A program made the position numbers and the translations under genes. A DNA stretch of 63,999 bases from a virus (lineage: Duplodnaviria > Caudoviricetes), in the IMG/VR virus record IMGVR_UViG_3300030101_003107, positions 1-63,999 of that record. One strand, given 5' to 3'. Shown here piece by piece: positions 29,051 to 40,083 of this stretch; position 1 is the stretch's first letter; each line of letters opens with the position of its first letter. A model generated the notes under the pieces. That model was not told where the DNA came from. It saw only the letters and a list, made by a program, of their open reading frames with translations, and did not search any database.

Positions 29051-29887
29051 TTACGCGTTTAAGCGCTTTTCTATGTTGGAGTATATCTCCATACCTTCAT
29101 CTGTTTTAAACCAAGAGGCTAAAGCAGAATAAGGGTGTTCATCAAATGGCACGGTCATTAGTTTCCTATCATTTGATCCCCATAAAAAGTTTCGTTGATC
29201 ACTTGATAATTTTAATATACCTAGCTCTGTAGCTTTAATACCAAAGTTTCTAAGTTGAACGTTATCATCAGTAGCTAATTCTAAGAACAGTTTAGCATTT
29301 TTACGTGCAAATAGTAGTAAATCTCTTTTTAGCTCTTTAGAGCTTAAACTATTAACCTTAGATCCGATCTCTGCTCTCATAATAGCTTCAGCTAAATCAA
29401 TATCTATTGATCTTGCTAAATCTAAAGCTTCTATCTCCATTTCTAAAATGTCAAGTTGATTTTCAGCGATCTGCACAGGTTTATGTTCATAGTACAAATT
29501 TTGATGAGGGTGATATAAAGATAATAGTTTCTGTAAAACTGTTTTTTCTTTAGGAACATATAAGCTTCCGCTTGTAAAAACAATATGAGCTAATCTTTGA
29601 TCGCCTTGCATTTCATCAACAAATACTGTTCTTTGGTTTTCACAATACTTAAGCTCTCTTTCATAACCTTTTTCTTCATCAAACCAATATATGTTTGAAG
29701 ACTTTATAGATCTTGTTAAAGGCTTTTTGTTTCCTTTAAGATAATAAATTCTATCTTTTATTTCCCATTTTGGTTTTTTTGGCTCAGCTTTAATTTTAAC
29801 TTCAACCATTTCATTTGTAGCTTTAATTTGTGGTTGTGCTACTTCAACTTCTGGTGCAGACTTTGCTGCAGTTTTTTTCTTTGTCAT
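29051..29887 (-). CDS. Conserved phage protein downstream of the major capsid gene
   Basis: Long ORF in the structural operon; function not recognised. Confidence 0.7.
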   Translation of the reverse strand: MTKKKTAAKSAPEVEVAQPQIKATNEMVEVKIKAEPKKPKWEIKDRIYYLKGNKKPLTRSIKSSNIYWFDEEKGYERELKYCENQRTVFVDEMQGDQRLAHIVFTSGSLYVPKEKTVLQKLLSLYHPHQNLYYEHKPVQIAENQLDILEMEIEALDLARSIDIDLAEAIMRAEIGSKVNSLSSKELKRDLLLFARKNAKLFLELATDDNVQLRNFGIKATELGILKLSSDQRNFLWGSNDRKLMTVPFDEHPYSALASWFKTDEGMEIYSNIEKRLNA

Positions 29888-29907
29888 AATATAATATAAT
29901 AAAAATT

Positions 29908-29938
29908 AAAAAAAGCCGAGGGCCTAAGCCCTCGACTA
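29908..29938 (-). terminator. Rho-independent terminator after the major capsid gene
   Basis: AGTCGAGGGC-TTAG-GCCCTCGGCT followed by a T run on the minus strand. Confidence 0.9.
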
Positions 29939-29945
29939 AATTGAT

Positions 29946-31475
29946 TTACTTCATTAACACGAAGTTGTTAGCACCTTGTACTACCAAACATCTTTCAGTT
30001 AAGAAGTGAACTTGCATTGCATCTAATGCAGCTGTAGTAGCTCCAACAGATCCAGTAACCCATGACTTCATTCTACGGTCATCAGTTTGAGAAGCACGAT
30101 AACGAACGTGTAAGAACGGACGCTTGATGTTTCTACCTAATTGCTGATCGTAAACAGTTGAAGTACCAGCAGGGATAAATATACCTCTGATAGCGTTAGC
30201 GCCAGCAGCAGTATTAATACCTCCACGAGTAGCTTTGTCGTTCAAGTAACGGAAGTCAGACTTATAGAAGTCGTATGAACCTCTTCGGAATCCAGAGAAA
30301 CCTAAGTTTAAAGCCATATCTTCAGAGTTATCAAATACTCCGTAAGAAGTACCACCAGCATAGTAACCATTCATAGAAGCTAACATGTCATCAATTGCAA
30401 GAGATACACCTCTGTTGCAGAAAATCATGTTTTCTTCGATAGCACCTTGCTTATCAAACTCAGCTAATATAGCATCAAACTCTTGTAAATCATTAGCAGA
30501 GTTAACGCCGTCGATACCAGCAGTAATGTTACCTCTGTCTTCTAAAGCAGCAAACAAACCTTCAGTACCAACACCAGCAGCAGCAGCTACTGAGCCAGGT
30601 AAAAGGGCTGAGCCATCAAGAAAAGAGTTACCAACTGTAGCAATTTCAGCTTCTAGCATAGCCATTTCTACGTAGTCAGTGAAACGAGCTCTTGTATCAG
30701 CTTCAGCTTTTAAATACCATAAGTAACCAGAAGCACCCATTTCAGAAGCAACTTCTACCCAACCAATACGAGATGCATCAGATCCTGATACTTCGTAGTA
30801 GTCTTTCATGATAATTGGCTTGTTTGAGAAAGACGTAAAGTCTGGCTCGTTAGCACCTCTTGTGTCAGTAGCAGCACCAGTAGATCCAGTGTGGTAAGAT
30901 TGACCTTTACTAAATTCAGAACCATAAACTAATATAGTTGTGTCATCAGCAGCACCTGTAGCAGCAAGTTGACCACCAGCGTTGTCGTAAGGAGCAACGT
31001 CAATAACGTGGTCAGTAACTTCTGTTACTAAACATTTGAAAACACCGTTAGCATTAGCAACGATAATAGTATCGTTAACTCTAATACCGTGATCAGGTAA
31101 TGTACCACCGTTAGTAATAGCTAAACCATCGATATTACTTTGTATAGTAATCTCTGATACAGCACCTGTACCAATGTTAGCACCACCAGCAGCACTAGTA
31201 ACTTGACCAGTATATGATAAGTGTAATCTTCCTTGTTCAGACCAGACAACTTGATCAGATGTCATAGCCTCTTCAGCGCCTACTTGAGATAAAAATCCTG
31301 AAATAGTTCTCGGTCCGAAAACTTCAGCTTCTTTCTCCATTAGGTCTGGTAAATATTGTTGAGCCCAGTTTACTCCACCAGCGCTCGCAAAGTCCAAATA
31401 ATTTGAAGCTAATGCTTGTCTCTGAGGAGCAGGCACGCTATTTATATTTGTCCCAAATGATAATTGATTTGGCAT
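29946..31475 (-). CDS. Major capsid protein
   Basis: Follows portal and scaffold, ends at a strong terminator; WAQQYLPDL, WSEQGRLH, LNLGFSGFRRGSYDFYK motifs recalled from Bacteroidota phage capsids. Confidence 0.85.
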   Translation of the reverse strand: MPNQLSFGTNINSVPAPQRQALASNYLDFASAGGVNWAQQYLPDLMEKEAEVFGPRTISGFLSQVGAEEAMTSDQVVWSEQGRLHLSYTGQVTSAAGGANIGTGAVSEITIQSNIDGLAITNGGTLPDHGIRVNDTIIVANANGVFKCLVTEVTDHVIDVAPYDNAGGQLAATGAADDTTILVYGSEFSKGQSYHTGSTGAATDTRGANEPDFTSFSNKPIIMKDYYEVSGSDASRIGWVEVASEMGASGYLWYLKAEADTRARFTDYVEMAMLEAEIATVGNSFLDGSALLPGSVAAAAGVGTEGLFAALEDRGNITAGIDGVNSANDLQEFDAILAEFDKQGAIEENMIFCNRGVSLAIDDMLASMNGYYAGGTSYGVFDNSEDMALNLGFSGFRRGSYDFYKSDFRYLNDKATRGGINTAAGANAIRGIFIPAGTSTVYDQQLGRNIKRPFLHVRYRASQTDDRRMKSWVTGSVGATTAALDAMQVHFLTERCLVVQGANNFVLMK

Positions 31476-31498
31476 AATCGTTAAATTTTAAATGTTAT

Positions 31499-32701
31499 TT
31501 ACTTTTTTTTAATTTTAAACTTAAAATCTGAACTATCTTCTCCTAATACTCTAAACTTTATGCCATCAGCGTTAAATTCTTTTTGAACGCCTCTTGGTTC
31601 CATATCAATGTTTTTTGCTTTATTAACACTATCTTTTACAGCGTCAGCCTTACCTTGCTCATAAAAATGTTTTGCAATAGCATCAGCGTTCATAGCTGTA
31701 AATAAAGATTTGTGATAACCTGCAGCATTATCTATTGTGCCATCTTTACTTAGAAACTTTCCAAGAAAATTATTAATGTCACCTTGACTTTGCTTTACAG
31801 CACTAACATCTTTAACTTTAAATCTATATTTTTTATCACCAACATTATATTCAAAACCTTTGAAGTTGTCGTTAAAAACACTATTTGTTTTTTCGTTAAA
31901 TACAGATTTTTGTCGTTCATTTAGAGTTTTAGCCTGTTCAGACTTTTCGTTATACTCTTTGTAGAAGTTAATGGCTTGTTGTTGATCTTCTGTAAGATTA
32001 ACACCAGCTTTAACCTCTTGGTAATACTTAGACTTTTGCCCGTCTAAATAGGCTTTAGCATTGGCAACCTGCTCTTTTAATGCTAATTTCTTTCTTCGTA
32101 TATCTCTTTCTTCGTCAACTTCTTCATCATAATTAAATTGATCTTCCATTAAAAAAGATATTTCTTCTCCAGTTAAATGCGGTTTTGTTTTATTATAATA
32201 TTCTCTCAAAACCGTATCGCTGTCTAGTTCAGAATAGTCTTTATTTAATCTGACATAATCTTCTAAACTACCACCAGTTTCGTTCATAAACTCAACTAGC
32301 TTTTCTACGCTACCTGGTATTTTTATTTCTAAATTACCAGACTCACTAACACCAACATCAAGCTTTTCTGGCTCAGGCTGTTCAATAGTTTCTTCAACAG
32401 TCTCTTCGACAGGCTCGTCTATTACTTCTTCAATAACAGACTCTTCTTGTGTTTGTTCTTCCGGCTGTACTTCTTCTTGTTCTTGTACGGGCTCGGCGTC
32501 TTCATCGCTTCCAACCACTCCTGTGTTGTCAGCTTCTGCATCGTTAGTTTCCTCTGGTTGTTCATTGTTTTGCTGCTCTATAGGAGCATCTAGGTTTATT
32601 TTAATAACGCTTTCATCTTCTGCAGACTCAAACGTTGGTCCTTGTTCTTGAGCTTGTTCTACTTTTTCAACTTGCTCAACTTGTTCATTGTTTTCTTCCA
32701 T
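31499..32701 (-). CDS. Capsid scaffolding protein
   Basis: Very acidic disordered N-terminus, helical body, HFYEQGKADA; sits between portal and capsid genes. Confidence 0.75.
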   Translation of the reverse strand: MEENNEQVEQVEKVEQAQEQGPTFESAEDESVIKINLDAPIEQQNNEQPEETNDAEADNTGVVGSDEDAEPVQEQEEVQPEEQTQEESVIEEVIDEPVEETVEETIEQPEPEKLDVGVSESGNLEIKIPGSVEKLVEFMNETGGSLEDYVRLNKDYSELDSDTVLREYYNKTKPHLTGEEISFLMEDQFNYDEEVDEERDIRRKKLALKEQVANAKAYLDGQKSKYYQEVKAGVNLTEDQQQAINFYKEYNEKSEQAKTLNERQKSVFNEKTNSVFNDNFKGFEYNVGDKKYRFKVKDVSAVKQSQGDINNFLGKFLSKDGTIDNAAGYHKSLFTAMNADAIAKHFYEQGKADAVKDSVNKAKNIDMEPRGVQKEFNADGIKFRVLGEDSSDFKFKIKKK

Positions 32702-32723
32702 AATATATAATATAAGTTAATAG

Positions 32724-35141
32724 TTATTTTGGTGCAAAAGCTTCTAGACCAAATCCACTACCAAGTATATCATTACCTGATGATTCAAACTTTTTAGGTG
32801 ATCCACCTGTTTTTCTTTGATCTATAAGTTCTGACTGTTGGCTTGCTTGTATTTTTGTTCTTTCGTCTTTACGGTCTTCTTTTTCTTTTTCTCTACTTTT
32901 TAAATTGTTAGACTGCGCATTTTGAATTTGTTGATTATATTGAAACTCTAAAGCCATTAACTGCTTTTTAAGTTCAACTTCTAAATTCATTTCTTTTTCT
33001 TTAAACTGAGCTTTAGCTTGTTCTACTTGTATATCAGCTTGAGCTTTACTAGAGTGCTTTTGTTGTTCTAGTTGTGCAGCTAACTGTTGCTGTTGAGCGT
33101 TAGTTTGAGCTTGTTTATCCATATTAGCTTTTTGAGCTGCAGCAGCTGCTTCCATTTTCTTTTTTCTTCTAATCTTTAAAACTTGATTAGCTAACTTAAG
33201 ATTTTTAATTTGTCTAATATCTATAGCGTCTTCAAGATCAAGAGTTTGCTGTTGTATAGACATTTGTATATTATTTTCAAGTCTTTGTTTTTCATCTTCA
33301 TCTGGAGATACTTGTAAAAATATACCAAAGTCATATAAGTGCATTTTGCTAATTTCTTCTAAGTTAGCAACACTATGAGAACCTATAGCTTGAATAAAAG
33401 CTTCTTTAGTTGGTGAAAACTCTAATATATCTGATATTCTAAGAGACATAGACTCTAAAACATCAGCAACTAAAAACATGCCAGCTTGAAGAATATGACG
33501 TGTAGCTGTGTTTGAATTTTGAGCGGCTAGTTTTTGCAAACCTACTAAAGCGTTTTTATCAGGTGTGCTACCATCTCTAGCTTCGTTTAAACCAGTAGTA
33601 TCACGTATCATTTGTAAATAATAGTTATAGTTTCCTATTAGCGCTTGCATTTTGCTACCACCATTACTATTTCTTATTTCTTGTATAGGTACTTTACCAG
33701 GATTCATATCTCCATCTTGAGTCATTGATCTACCAATAACACTACCTGTTTGGAAAAACATGTTTAAAGCTTCTTGTGGATTATAGTTTGTACCGTTACC
33801 TAAATCTATTTCAGCTAAACCATCTGCATCTAAGTAAATACCGTCAGGTATTATCTTAGACATTACTTGTTGTATTTTTAAATGAGTAAGCTGTATCATA
33901 TCAGCAAAACCAGTTATACGACTTACTATACTTTCTATTCTGTTTTCATACATGCGAGGAGCAACAATACTATAATTCATTTTAACTTTAGTATAGTCGC
34001 TTTTAGGCCTAATCATGTTTTTACACATTTCCCACTTTAAAAGTTTTTCTGCACCTAAAACATAAGCACCTTCATATAAAACTTCAACTTGTTTTGATAT
34101 TCTTTGAAAATTTTCACTATTAGGTGGGTTAAAGCTGTCATCTTTTTCTATAGCTCTTTCTAAACCAACAGATGTTTCTTTTACTTTATAAACATTATTC
34201 ATATAAGTTTTATAATTAAAATATAAAACTTGAACTATATTGTTATCTTTATTTTGGCTGCTATATCTATTATTAGCTTTTCTATTGTAGTTTTTGTTAG
34301 TTATATCTTCTAAGTCTTGTTGACTTAAAAATGGAAACTGCTTGGCCAGCTCGTTTACAGGTATTTCTTTTACTTCGCCTACATAGTATATATCTTCAAA
34401 AAATGGAGACTCAGTATACGAATAAACCATATTAGCTGGATCTACGTAATCTACAGTTAAACCTTCAGATGTATTAAAATTAGTTTTAACCGCACCTATG
34501 CCTATTACTGCTAAATCATAAAAAAATCTTCTTTTAATTAAATCAAACTTATTGCCTTTTAATAAAACATTTAGCGCTTGCTCTTGAGCTATTTCAGCTT
34601 CTTGTTTATAGCTAAGCTGCATGTGAAGCCCTAACTCTTCTACACTGTCAGGTAAAGTTTCAGGATTATTTTCATACATGTTAACACCAAGCTCTTTAAG
34701 AGAAAAATCTTTTAACTCTTTTAACTTCATGTCTTTTAATATAGATTCCATGTACTCAGTTCTTTTACTAGCTCCATAAGGATCTTGTGAATGAGCTTTT
34801 ATAGAATAGTCTTTATCAGTCATGCCGTTTACGACTATGTCGACAAATTTAGGTATAATAGGAACAGGCTTCCAGTCTAAGTTTAAATAAGATAAATCAC
34901 CGTTTATAGACAATTCATCTTTATATTTTTGTATTGGTTGCTCGCCTCTAGCATAAAGTCTTAAACTTCTAAATGTATCTCCATTTGAAGTATATCTTCT
35001 TGAATAATAATTTTGTCCATTATTGCCATTATAAAACCATTCAGCTTCAATAGCTTTTGCTATTTTTAAACCATAGTCATAGCTTACTTTTTCTATATCG
35101 CTTACTGCTTGACTTGGAAAATAATTATTTGGTGACTTCAT
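32724..35141 (-). CDS. Portal protein
   Basis: Directly follows the terminase; LRLYARGEQ, PIIPKFVDIVVNG, IRDTTGLNEARDG; long C-terminal coiled coil. Confidence 0.88.
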   Translation of the reverse strand: MKSPNNYFPSQAVSDIEKVSYDYGLKIAKAIEAEWFYNGNNGQNYYSRRYTSNGDTFRSLRLYARGEQPIQKYKDELSINGDLSYLNLDWKPVPIIPKFVDIVVNGMTDKDYSIKAHSQDPYGASKRTEYMESILKDMKLKELKDFSLKELGVNMYENNPETLPDSVEELGLHMQLSYKQEAEIAQEQALNVLLKGNKFDLIKRRFFYDLAVIGIGAVKTNFNTSEGLTVDYVDPANMVYSYTESPFFEDIYYVGEVKEIPVNELAKQFPFLSQQDLEDITNKNYNRKANNRYSSQNKDNNIVQVLYFNYKTYMNNVYKVKETSVGLERAIEKDDSFNPPNSENFQRISKQVEVLYEGAYVLGAEKLLKWEMCKNMIRPKSDYTKVKMNYSIVAPRMYENRIESIVSRITGFADMIQLTHLKIQQVMSKIIPDGIYLDADGLAEIDLGNGTNYNPQEALNMFFQTGSVIGRSMTQDGDMNPGKVPIQEIRNSNGGSKMQALIGNYNYYLQMIRDTTGLNEARDGSTPDKNALVGLQKLAAQNSNTATRHILQAGMFLVADVLESMSLRISDILEFSPTKEAFIQAIGSHSVANLEEISKMHLYDFGIFLQVSPDEDEKQRLENNIQMSIQQQTLDLEDAIDIRQIKNLKLANQVLKIRRKKKMEAAAAAQKANMDKQAQTNAQQQQLAAQLEQQKHSSKAQADIQVEQAKAQFKEKEMNLEVELKKQLMALEFQYNQQIQNAQSNNLKSREKEKEDRKDERTKIQASQQSELIDQRKTGGSPKKFESSGNDILGSGFGLEAFAPK

Positions 35142-35143
35142 AC

Positions 35144-37354
35144 TTATTTAATTATCTTTGATGTATAGCCGTCATTACTAAATCTAGCTATATTTATATT
35201 TATTTTTGGTCTTGATTTAGTTGAAACTGGTGAATATAAATGTCTATTACAACCCATTACTGCTAAACCACTACTTATTGAAGCATCGTGCTTTGTTCTT
35301 TTATTTATATCAAACTTTGCCCAATCATTTAATGTTTCATTAAAATACATATCGCCGTGCGATCCATCTTTACGTATACCAACATGATCGTTAATATACA
35401 TTTCAATAGCTGCCGCATGAGCTTGTTTTATATCTTCACTAGAGTTTGGTATGCCACCTATTTCTTTTTCAGCTGTAGATAACTTATTCCAAACTTTGTC
35501 TGGTCTGTTCATGCTAAAACCTCTATACCCTCTTCTTTTTAAATAGTATAAAAGTCTTGGTTTATTATTTTCTGCTAGTAGCGGCATACCGTAAAACACT
35601 AAAGCCATTAGCACATCTTCAAAAAATATCTCAGCGGTTTGTGGTCTAGCTATATATTCTAAAAAAAACGTATTAGCTGGAGCGTTTTCCATACTAAACT
35701 TAGTTAATCCATGAAGAGATCCGTTGGATCCTCTACCATCAACAGTACCGCTAATATCATAACTATCGCAGCCAAAAGCGCCCATGTGTTCATTTCCAGG
35801 ATATTTAACTCCATTTTTTATTATCACTCTATTTTGAAGATTTGTATTAGGCACCCAGCTAACTTTAAATCTTCCGTTAGGGTCAGGATTAAAAACAACT
35901 TGAGTATCTTTAACCCCGCCAACCCATTGAAAACTACCCTGTGTTATAACAGCAGAGTTTCTTATTCCTTCATTATAATCTATTTGCTCATATATTTTTG
36001 ATAAATTAAATAGACTATTTTTTGTTTCATCTCTAAACGCGTGTTCTTCAGTTCTTGGAAACTGTCTGTAAAACTCATTTAACGCGTCTTGATCTCCTTT
36101 TAATCCATCAACTTCATTATTCCAATGATCTATAACTCCTACGTCTATTAGTTCGCCATCTGGTCCGAATACATCATTGCTAGGGCTATTAAATACTGGT
36201 TGTCCATATTCGTCAATAAATCCTTCAAAGTTCCATTCCATTGGCATAAACAAAGAATATAAACCAGATTTTGTCTGTCCATTTTTATTTCTACTTCCGA
36301 CGTTTGAGTCATTGTAAATTTTTTTAAAGTTTTCACCACCTTTATCTAACGAGTTACTCGTTGAGCCCATCATACACTTACCAATAATTCTACTACCTAA
36401 TCTTAGACAAGTTTTAGTTACTCTCCAGTTATTTAGTATATTATCAGGCCTTTCCCACTTACCACTTTCGTCGTGTACTAGCAGATTAAGTTTTTCACCG
36501 TCATAGCTGTTATCACCTGTGTTTTTCCAATCAATAGTAGTGTCAAGTCCAACCAGCTCTTCTTGCTTTTCGTTTGCCGTAATTTTTCTACGCGTAAACT
36601 TACTTGCAGGTACGCGATAAGCAAGTTCACTTTTAGGTCTGTCCATACCGTCTTGTATCGGTTTAAAGAAAAACGGATAGTTAACAGATATTGGTACAAC
36701 TTTATCGGTAAACATTTTTTTAGCATCAGCACCACTTTTAGATAATATTCCATATCTAGCATCACTCGATATTGTAGCTAAGTTAACAGTTTCAGCTGAG
36801 CTCATAAACGAAAAACCACTACGTCTATTTTTTAAATAACACATGCCGTAACATCTGCTATCAGCTTTACAAGCTTCCCAAAATATAAAGAACAGTCTAT
36901 TAGCTTCTCTAAAGTCAGGCGCACCTACGTCTATCTTACTCCATTGAAGATACATGTAGTGTGTTCCTGTAATATAAGTAGGTTTACCATTATTTGTAAA
37001 CCAAAACCCTTCGTCACGACGTTTAAACTCTTCGTCTATATAATCGTACCATTGCTCTTTTGCTTCTTCCGGGTACGATCTCCAATCAAATATACTTTTT
37101 AACTTACTTAACTCTTTTGGATAATCAGACTTTTTCCATTTGTTTATTTTGTTACACAGCTTCCCTGGCACTCCTGGCAGCGCAATTCGCAAACCTTGGA
37201 TCTCAAGTATTTCACTAATTCTTCCAGTTTTAGAAATAACGACAATATCATTTTCTTTATTATATCCATAATCCCATTTACGTTTTTTATTAAGTCGACT
37301 TATAGTTGTCTTCTTAACTGGTTCTACAATCTTATATAGTGTTTGCTCGTACAT
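35144..37354 (-). CDS. terL: Terminase large subunit
   Basis: Walker A-like LKNRRSGFS, Walker B LLVHDESGKW, MMGST coupling motif, RNase H-like FGCDSYD, LAENNKP, TKHD. Confidence 0.92.
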   Translation of the reverse strand: MYEQTLYKIVEPVKKTTISRLNKKRKWDYGYNKENDIVVISKTGRISEILEIQGLRIALPGVPGKLCNKINKWKKSDYPKELSKLKSIFDWRSYPEEAKEQWYDYIDEEFKRRDEGFWFTNNGKPTYITGTHYMYLQWSKIDVGAPDFREANRLFFIFWEACKADSRCYGMCYLKNRRSGFSFMSSAETVNLATISSDARYGILSKSGADAKKMFTDKVVPISVNYPFFFKPIQDGMDRPKSELAYRVPASKFTRRKITANEKQEELVGLDTTIDWKNTGDNSYDGEKLNLLVHDESGKWERPDNILNNWRVTKTCLRLGSRIIGKCMMGSTSNSLDKGGENFKKIYNDSNVGSRNKNGQTKSGLYSLFMPMEWNFEGFIDEYGQPVFNSPSNDVFGPDGELIDVGVIDHWNNEVDGLKGDQDALNEFYRQFPRTEEHAFRDETKNSLFNLSKIYEQIDYNEGIRNSAVITQGSFQWVGGVKDTQVVFNPDPNGRFKVSWVPNTNLQNRVIIKNGVKYPGNEHMGAFGCDSYDISGTVDGRGSNGSLHGLTKFSMENAPANTFFLEYIARPQTAEIFFEDVLMALVFYGMPLLAENNKPRLLYYLKRRGYRGFSMNRPDKVWNKLSTAEKEIGGIPNSSEDIKQAHAAAIEMYINDHVGIRKDGSHGDMYFNETLNDWAKFDINKRTKHDASISSGLAVMGCNRHLYSPVSTKSRPKININIARFSNDGYTSKIIK

Positions 37355-37632
37355 TACCTAGACCTTCCTTCAGCAAATCCTTTAAACACTCTTTCTTTTT
37401 TCTCTTCAGGCTCTTTACCTTCTAGTATATTTTCTTCTTCTTGTATACGGTTAAGTATTTCAAAAGCATCAAATATAGCTAACTTTTTTGTAGCCGCTGC
37501 GTTTTTTAATCTATCAGCTGAAACATCATCTTCAGTATTAGTTATAATTTGCTCTTCAGCAACTTTAATTAACTCTTTAACTGCTTTGTGCCCAGCTTGG
37601 ATTATAAACTTCTTCGTCTCCTTTATATTCAT
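37354..37632 (-). CDS. Putative terminase small subunit
   Basis: Small helical ORF translationally coupled directly upstream of terL. Confidence 0.5.
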   Translation of the reverse strand: MNIKETKKFIIQAGHKAVKELIKVAEEQIITNTEDDVSADRLKNAAATKKLAIFDAFEILNRIQEEENILEGKEPEEKKERVFKGFAEGRSR

Positions 37633-38191
37633 ATTTAATTGTAATAAATTTATTGTGTACTCTAAAAAGTCTTTTACCTTCTAAAACAAACTCATATTGA
37701 GAAAAAGGCGTATAACTAACTACATCACCTTTTTTAAAGTGTTTGTTTCCATACACTACAACTCCTTTGTTAGGATGTTCTACTTTTCTGTTCATAGATA
37801 ACTCTTCTACAAAAGGCTGTACAAAACAATATCCTTCTAAAGGTTTCCAAGTTGCTTCTTTAAATCTACTCCATTTAGCAATTCTACTATAAGCGTATAT
37901 TTGATCTTGCTGCACGAAGTATTTATTATCTTCAAAATAGCTTTTGCTATTTTTTTCTCTACCTTTAACATCATACCATCTTCTAAAAACGTTATGATGA
38001 ACTAAAATTTTATCACCAACTTCTAGTTCTGTTTCACCAAAAGCTGGTAAAGAAATTATTTCAGCAAATCTATTAACGTACTTGTGATCTTCAATACTAG
38101 AGTTTACTATTAGTTCTTTTCCATCTATATCAATAGAGTTTCTATATCTTTTACCAACAGGCTTTACTATGTAGCTATTTATAGCTTTCAC
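37577..38191 (-). CDS. Tandem GroES-like domain protein
   Basis: Two units: YIVKP...LEVGDKILV and KPLEGYCFVQP...KGVVV...KKGDVVSY...EFVLEGKRL. Confidence 0.6.
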   Translation of the reverse strand: MKAINSYIVKPVGKRYRNSIDIDGKELIVNSSIEDHKYVNRFAEIISLPAFGETELEVGDKILVHHNVFRRWYDVKGREKNSKSYFEDNKYFVQQDQIYAYSRIAKWSRFKEATWKPLEGYCFVQPFVEELSMNRKVEHPNKGVVVYGNKHFKKGDVVSYTPFSQYEFVLEGKRLFRVHNKFITIKYEYKGDEEVYNPSWAQSS

Positions 38192-38420
38192 TAGTATTCA
38201 AGATTATACTCAACAGAAACAGCCATGTTTTTATTAAAGTCTTTCCAAGGCATAACATCTTTATTTTTTCTAATATAAATGCTATATTTCTCTTGCTCTT
38301 CAATAATATCGCAAATTTTATGACCTCCGTAAACTTCTTGACCTACAGAGTAATGCATTGAGTCTATTTTGTAATCTTTACCTATCGTTATTTTTCTGAT
38401 CAGCTTTGTTGTCTCCATTT
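38191..38420 (-). CDS. Hypothetical protein
   Basis: Likely starts near M(K)METTKLIRKITIG within the tracked ORF 38191..38481; 5' boundary approximate. Confidence 0.55.
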
Positions 38421-38695
38421 TCATTATATTTAATTTCTCCGGTTTTAATATCAATATCGCATGAGCCATACTTTTTTTCAAAACCTTTTTTAGTTTCTTC
38501 TATGAATTTATTTATAGTAAGTATATCGTGGCATATTAAATGTTTTTTGTGCTCTAATACTCCTAGCTCTCTGTGAGCCATATCTAACGATTTAACTACT
38601 TGCTGCAAAGATTCTAACTCAGAGTCTTCAATTTTTGTAGCTTTAGTTAAATCTATAATTTCATCTTTTACTTTTGGTGTTTTTCTTTTTGCCAT
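38378..38695 (-). CDS. Coiled-coil hypothetical protein
   Basis: Heptad region ending KKYGSCDIDIKTGEI. Confidence 0.65.
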   Translation of the reverse strand: MAKRKTPKVKDEIIDLTKATKIEDSELESLQQVVKSLDMAHRELGVLEHKKHLICHDILTINKFIEETKKGFEKKYGSCDIDIKTGEIKYNENGDNKADQKNNDR

Positions 38696-38711
38696 TTTAT
38701 TTAATTTAATA

Positions 38712-39368
38712 TTAATAATATCTACGATAATCTCTTCTTGGATCTCGTTTTATTTCTATTTTTTCTTTTTCTACTTGTGTTTTCTTAGTAGTTTGTTTTT
38801 GTTGAATATTAATTACGTTAACTTTTATCTTATCTTGTACGTTTATTTTTTCTTCTGTTTTTTCTTCTTGCACTACACCTTCTACAGCAGAAACAGAAGC
38901 TTGTGCTTTGTCTAGCGTTTTTTCTTCTATTTCTTGTTTGTCTATTAACTCTTGCAACTCTTGTGGTGATGAACTTTGAGCTTTTTGTTTATCTAAAGAC
39001 AGTTTATCTTTTTCAGATGTTAAAAAAGTAATAGACTCTTTAATACGATCTATTTTATCTTCAATATTTTTATCTGGTTTATTTTGCGTCACTCTGTCTA
39101 AGTCATCTTTTTCACTTTCAAGTCTTTCTATTTCTTTTTCAACAATATTTATTGACTCAGTAGTTTGAGATATGTATTGTTGATAAACTGTTTGTTGAAC
39201 GTTTAAATTTGAAGTAGGGTGATTATAACCTGCCATATAGCCAATTATTCCTTCATACTCATGTGTATGATAACCTACCATTCTAGGCGAAGCTGTAGCT
39301 CCATAGCTAATAGCTTCAGCTTTAGTAGTAAATAAAGGTATATTGCTTATGTAGGTTAGTATTGGCAT
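38712..39368 (-). CDS. Hypothetical protein (His-motif N-domain plus coiled coil)
   Basis: PLFTTKAEA...GYHTH...YMAGYNH followed by a charged coiled coil. Confidence 0.65.
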   Translation of the reverse strand: MPILTYISNIPLFTTKAEAISYGATASPRMVGYHTHEYEGIIGYMAGYNHPTSNLNVQQTVYQQYISQTTESINIVEKEIERLESEKDDLDRVTQNKPDKNIEDKIDRIKESITFLTSEKDKLSLDKQKAQSSSPQELQELIDKQEIEEKTLDKAQASVSAVEGVVQEEKTEEKINVQDKIKVNVINIQQKQTTKKTQVEKEKIEIKRDPRRDYRRYY

Positions 39369-40082
39369 TTAGTAACCAAAGTAACAAATAATTCCACTAG
39401 GCTTGGCTGCAGCAACAGTAACAGCGTTAGTAGTTTGAACAGCAGTCCATCTTCCATATATAGTCATACCAGCTGGAAAAGCTAAACTAGTAGAGTTTGT
39501 TATACCACCTGCGCCGTGAGTATCATCTAAAAATATTAATGACTGAGAGTCAGGAGATATTCCGACAAAAGTGCTTCTAGTAGTGCCATGACCTTCTAGT
39601 GTAACATTTGCTCCATCTACTGATTTAACTTTAACACCTCTAGCGTTAGGCCCATTATATATAGGCGTTGGAGTTTGAGCATCAATAACAGTAGCAGGAT
39701 CACCATCTGATTCAGCTGTAGCGTTTACTAATAAAACAAATTGACCAGCTTGAACTCTGTCATTAGCACCACCAGCTAAGGCTACTGTAAATATATTACT
39801 ACCAGTATTGTCTGTTAAATCTAAAGTAACTACACCGTTTGCATTAATATCATTATCTTCAGCGTCTAAATCTAAATTATTACTTCTACTATCTACAGCA
39901 GGAAAGTTTGGGCCTCTTTCGTCTAAACTTTCTGGAGTTAATAATGTTAAAGCATTCGCTGCTAAAAATTGAATAGCAACTATAACCATATCGCGAGGAG
40001 GAACTACTACATTAGCGTTAGCGCAATATGCACTACCCATTTGTCCAAAGTTATATGCTACGTCTTGTGAATTTTGTCCCAT
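39369..40082 (-). CDS. Putative virion decoration / structural protein
   Basis: Beta-rich; VIVAIQFL...FPAGMTIYGRWT...IICYFG frame with an inserted middle domain. Confidence 0.55.
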   Translation of the reverse strand: MGQNSQDVAYNFGQMGSAYCANANVVVPPRDMVIVAIQFLAANALTLLTPESLDERGPNFPAVDSRSNNLDLDAEDNDINANGVVTLDLTDNTGSNIFTVALAGGANDRVQAGQFVLLVNATAESDGDPATVIDAQTPTPIYNGPNARGVKVKSVDGANVTLEGHGTTRSTFVGISPDSQSLIFLDDTHGAGGITNSTSLAFPAGMTIYGRWTAVQTTNAVTVAAAKPSGIICYFGY

Positions 40083-40083
40083 T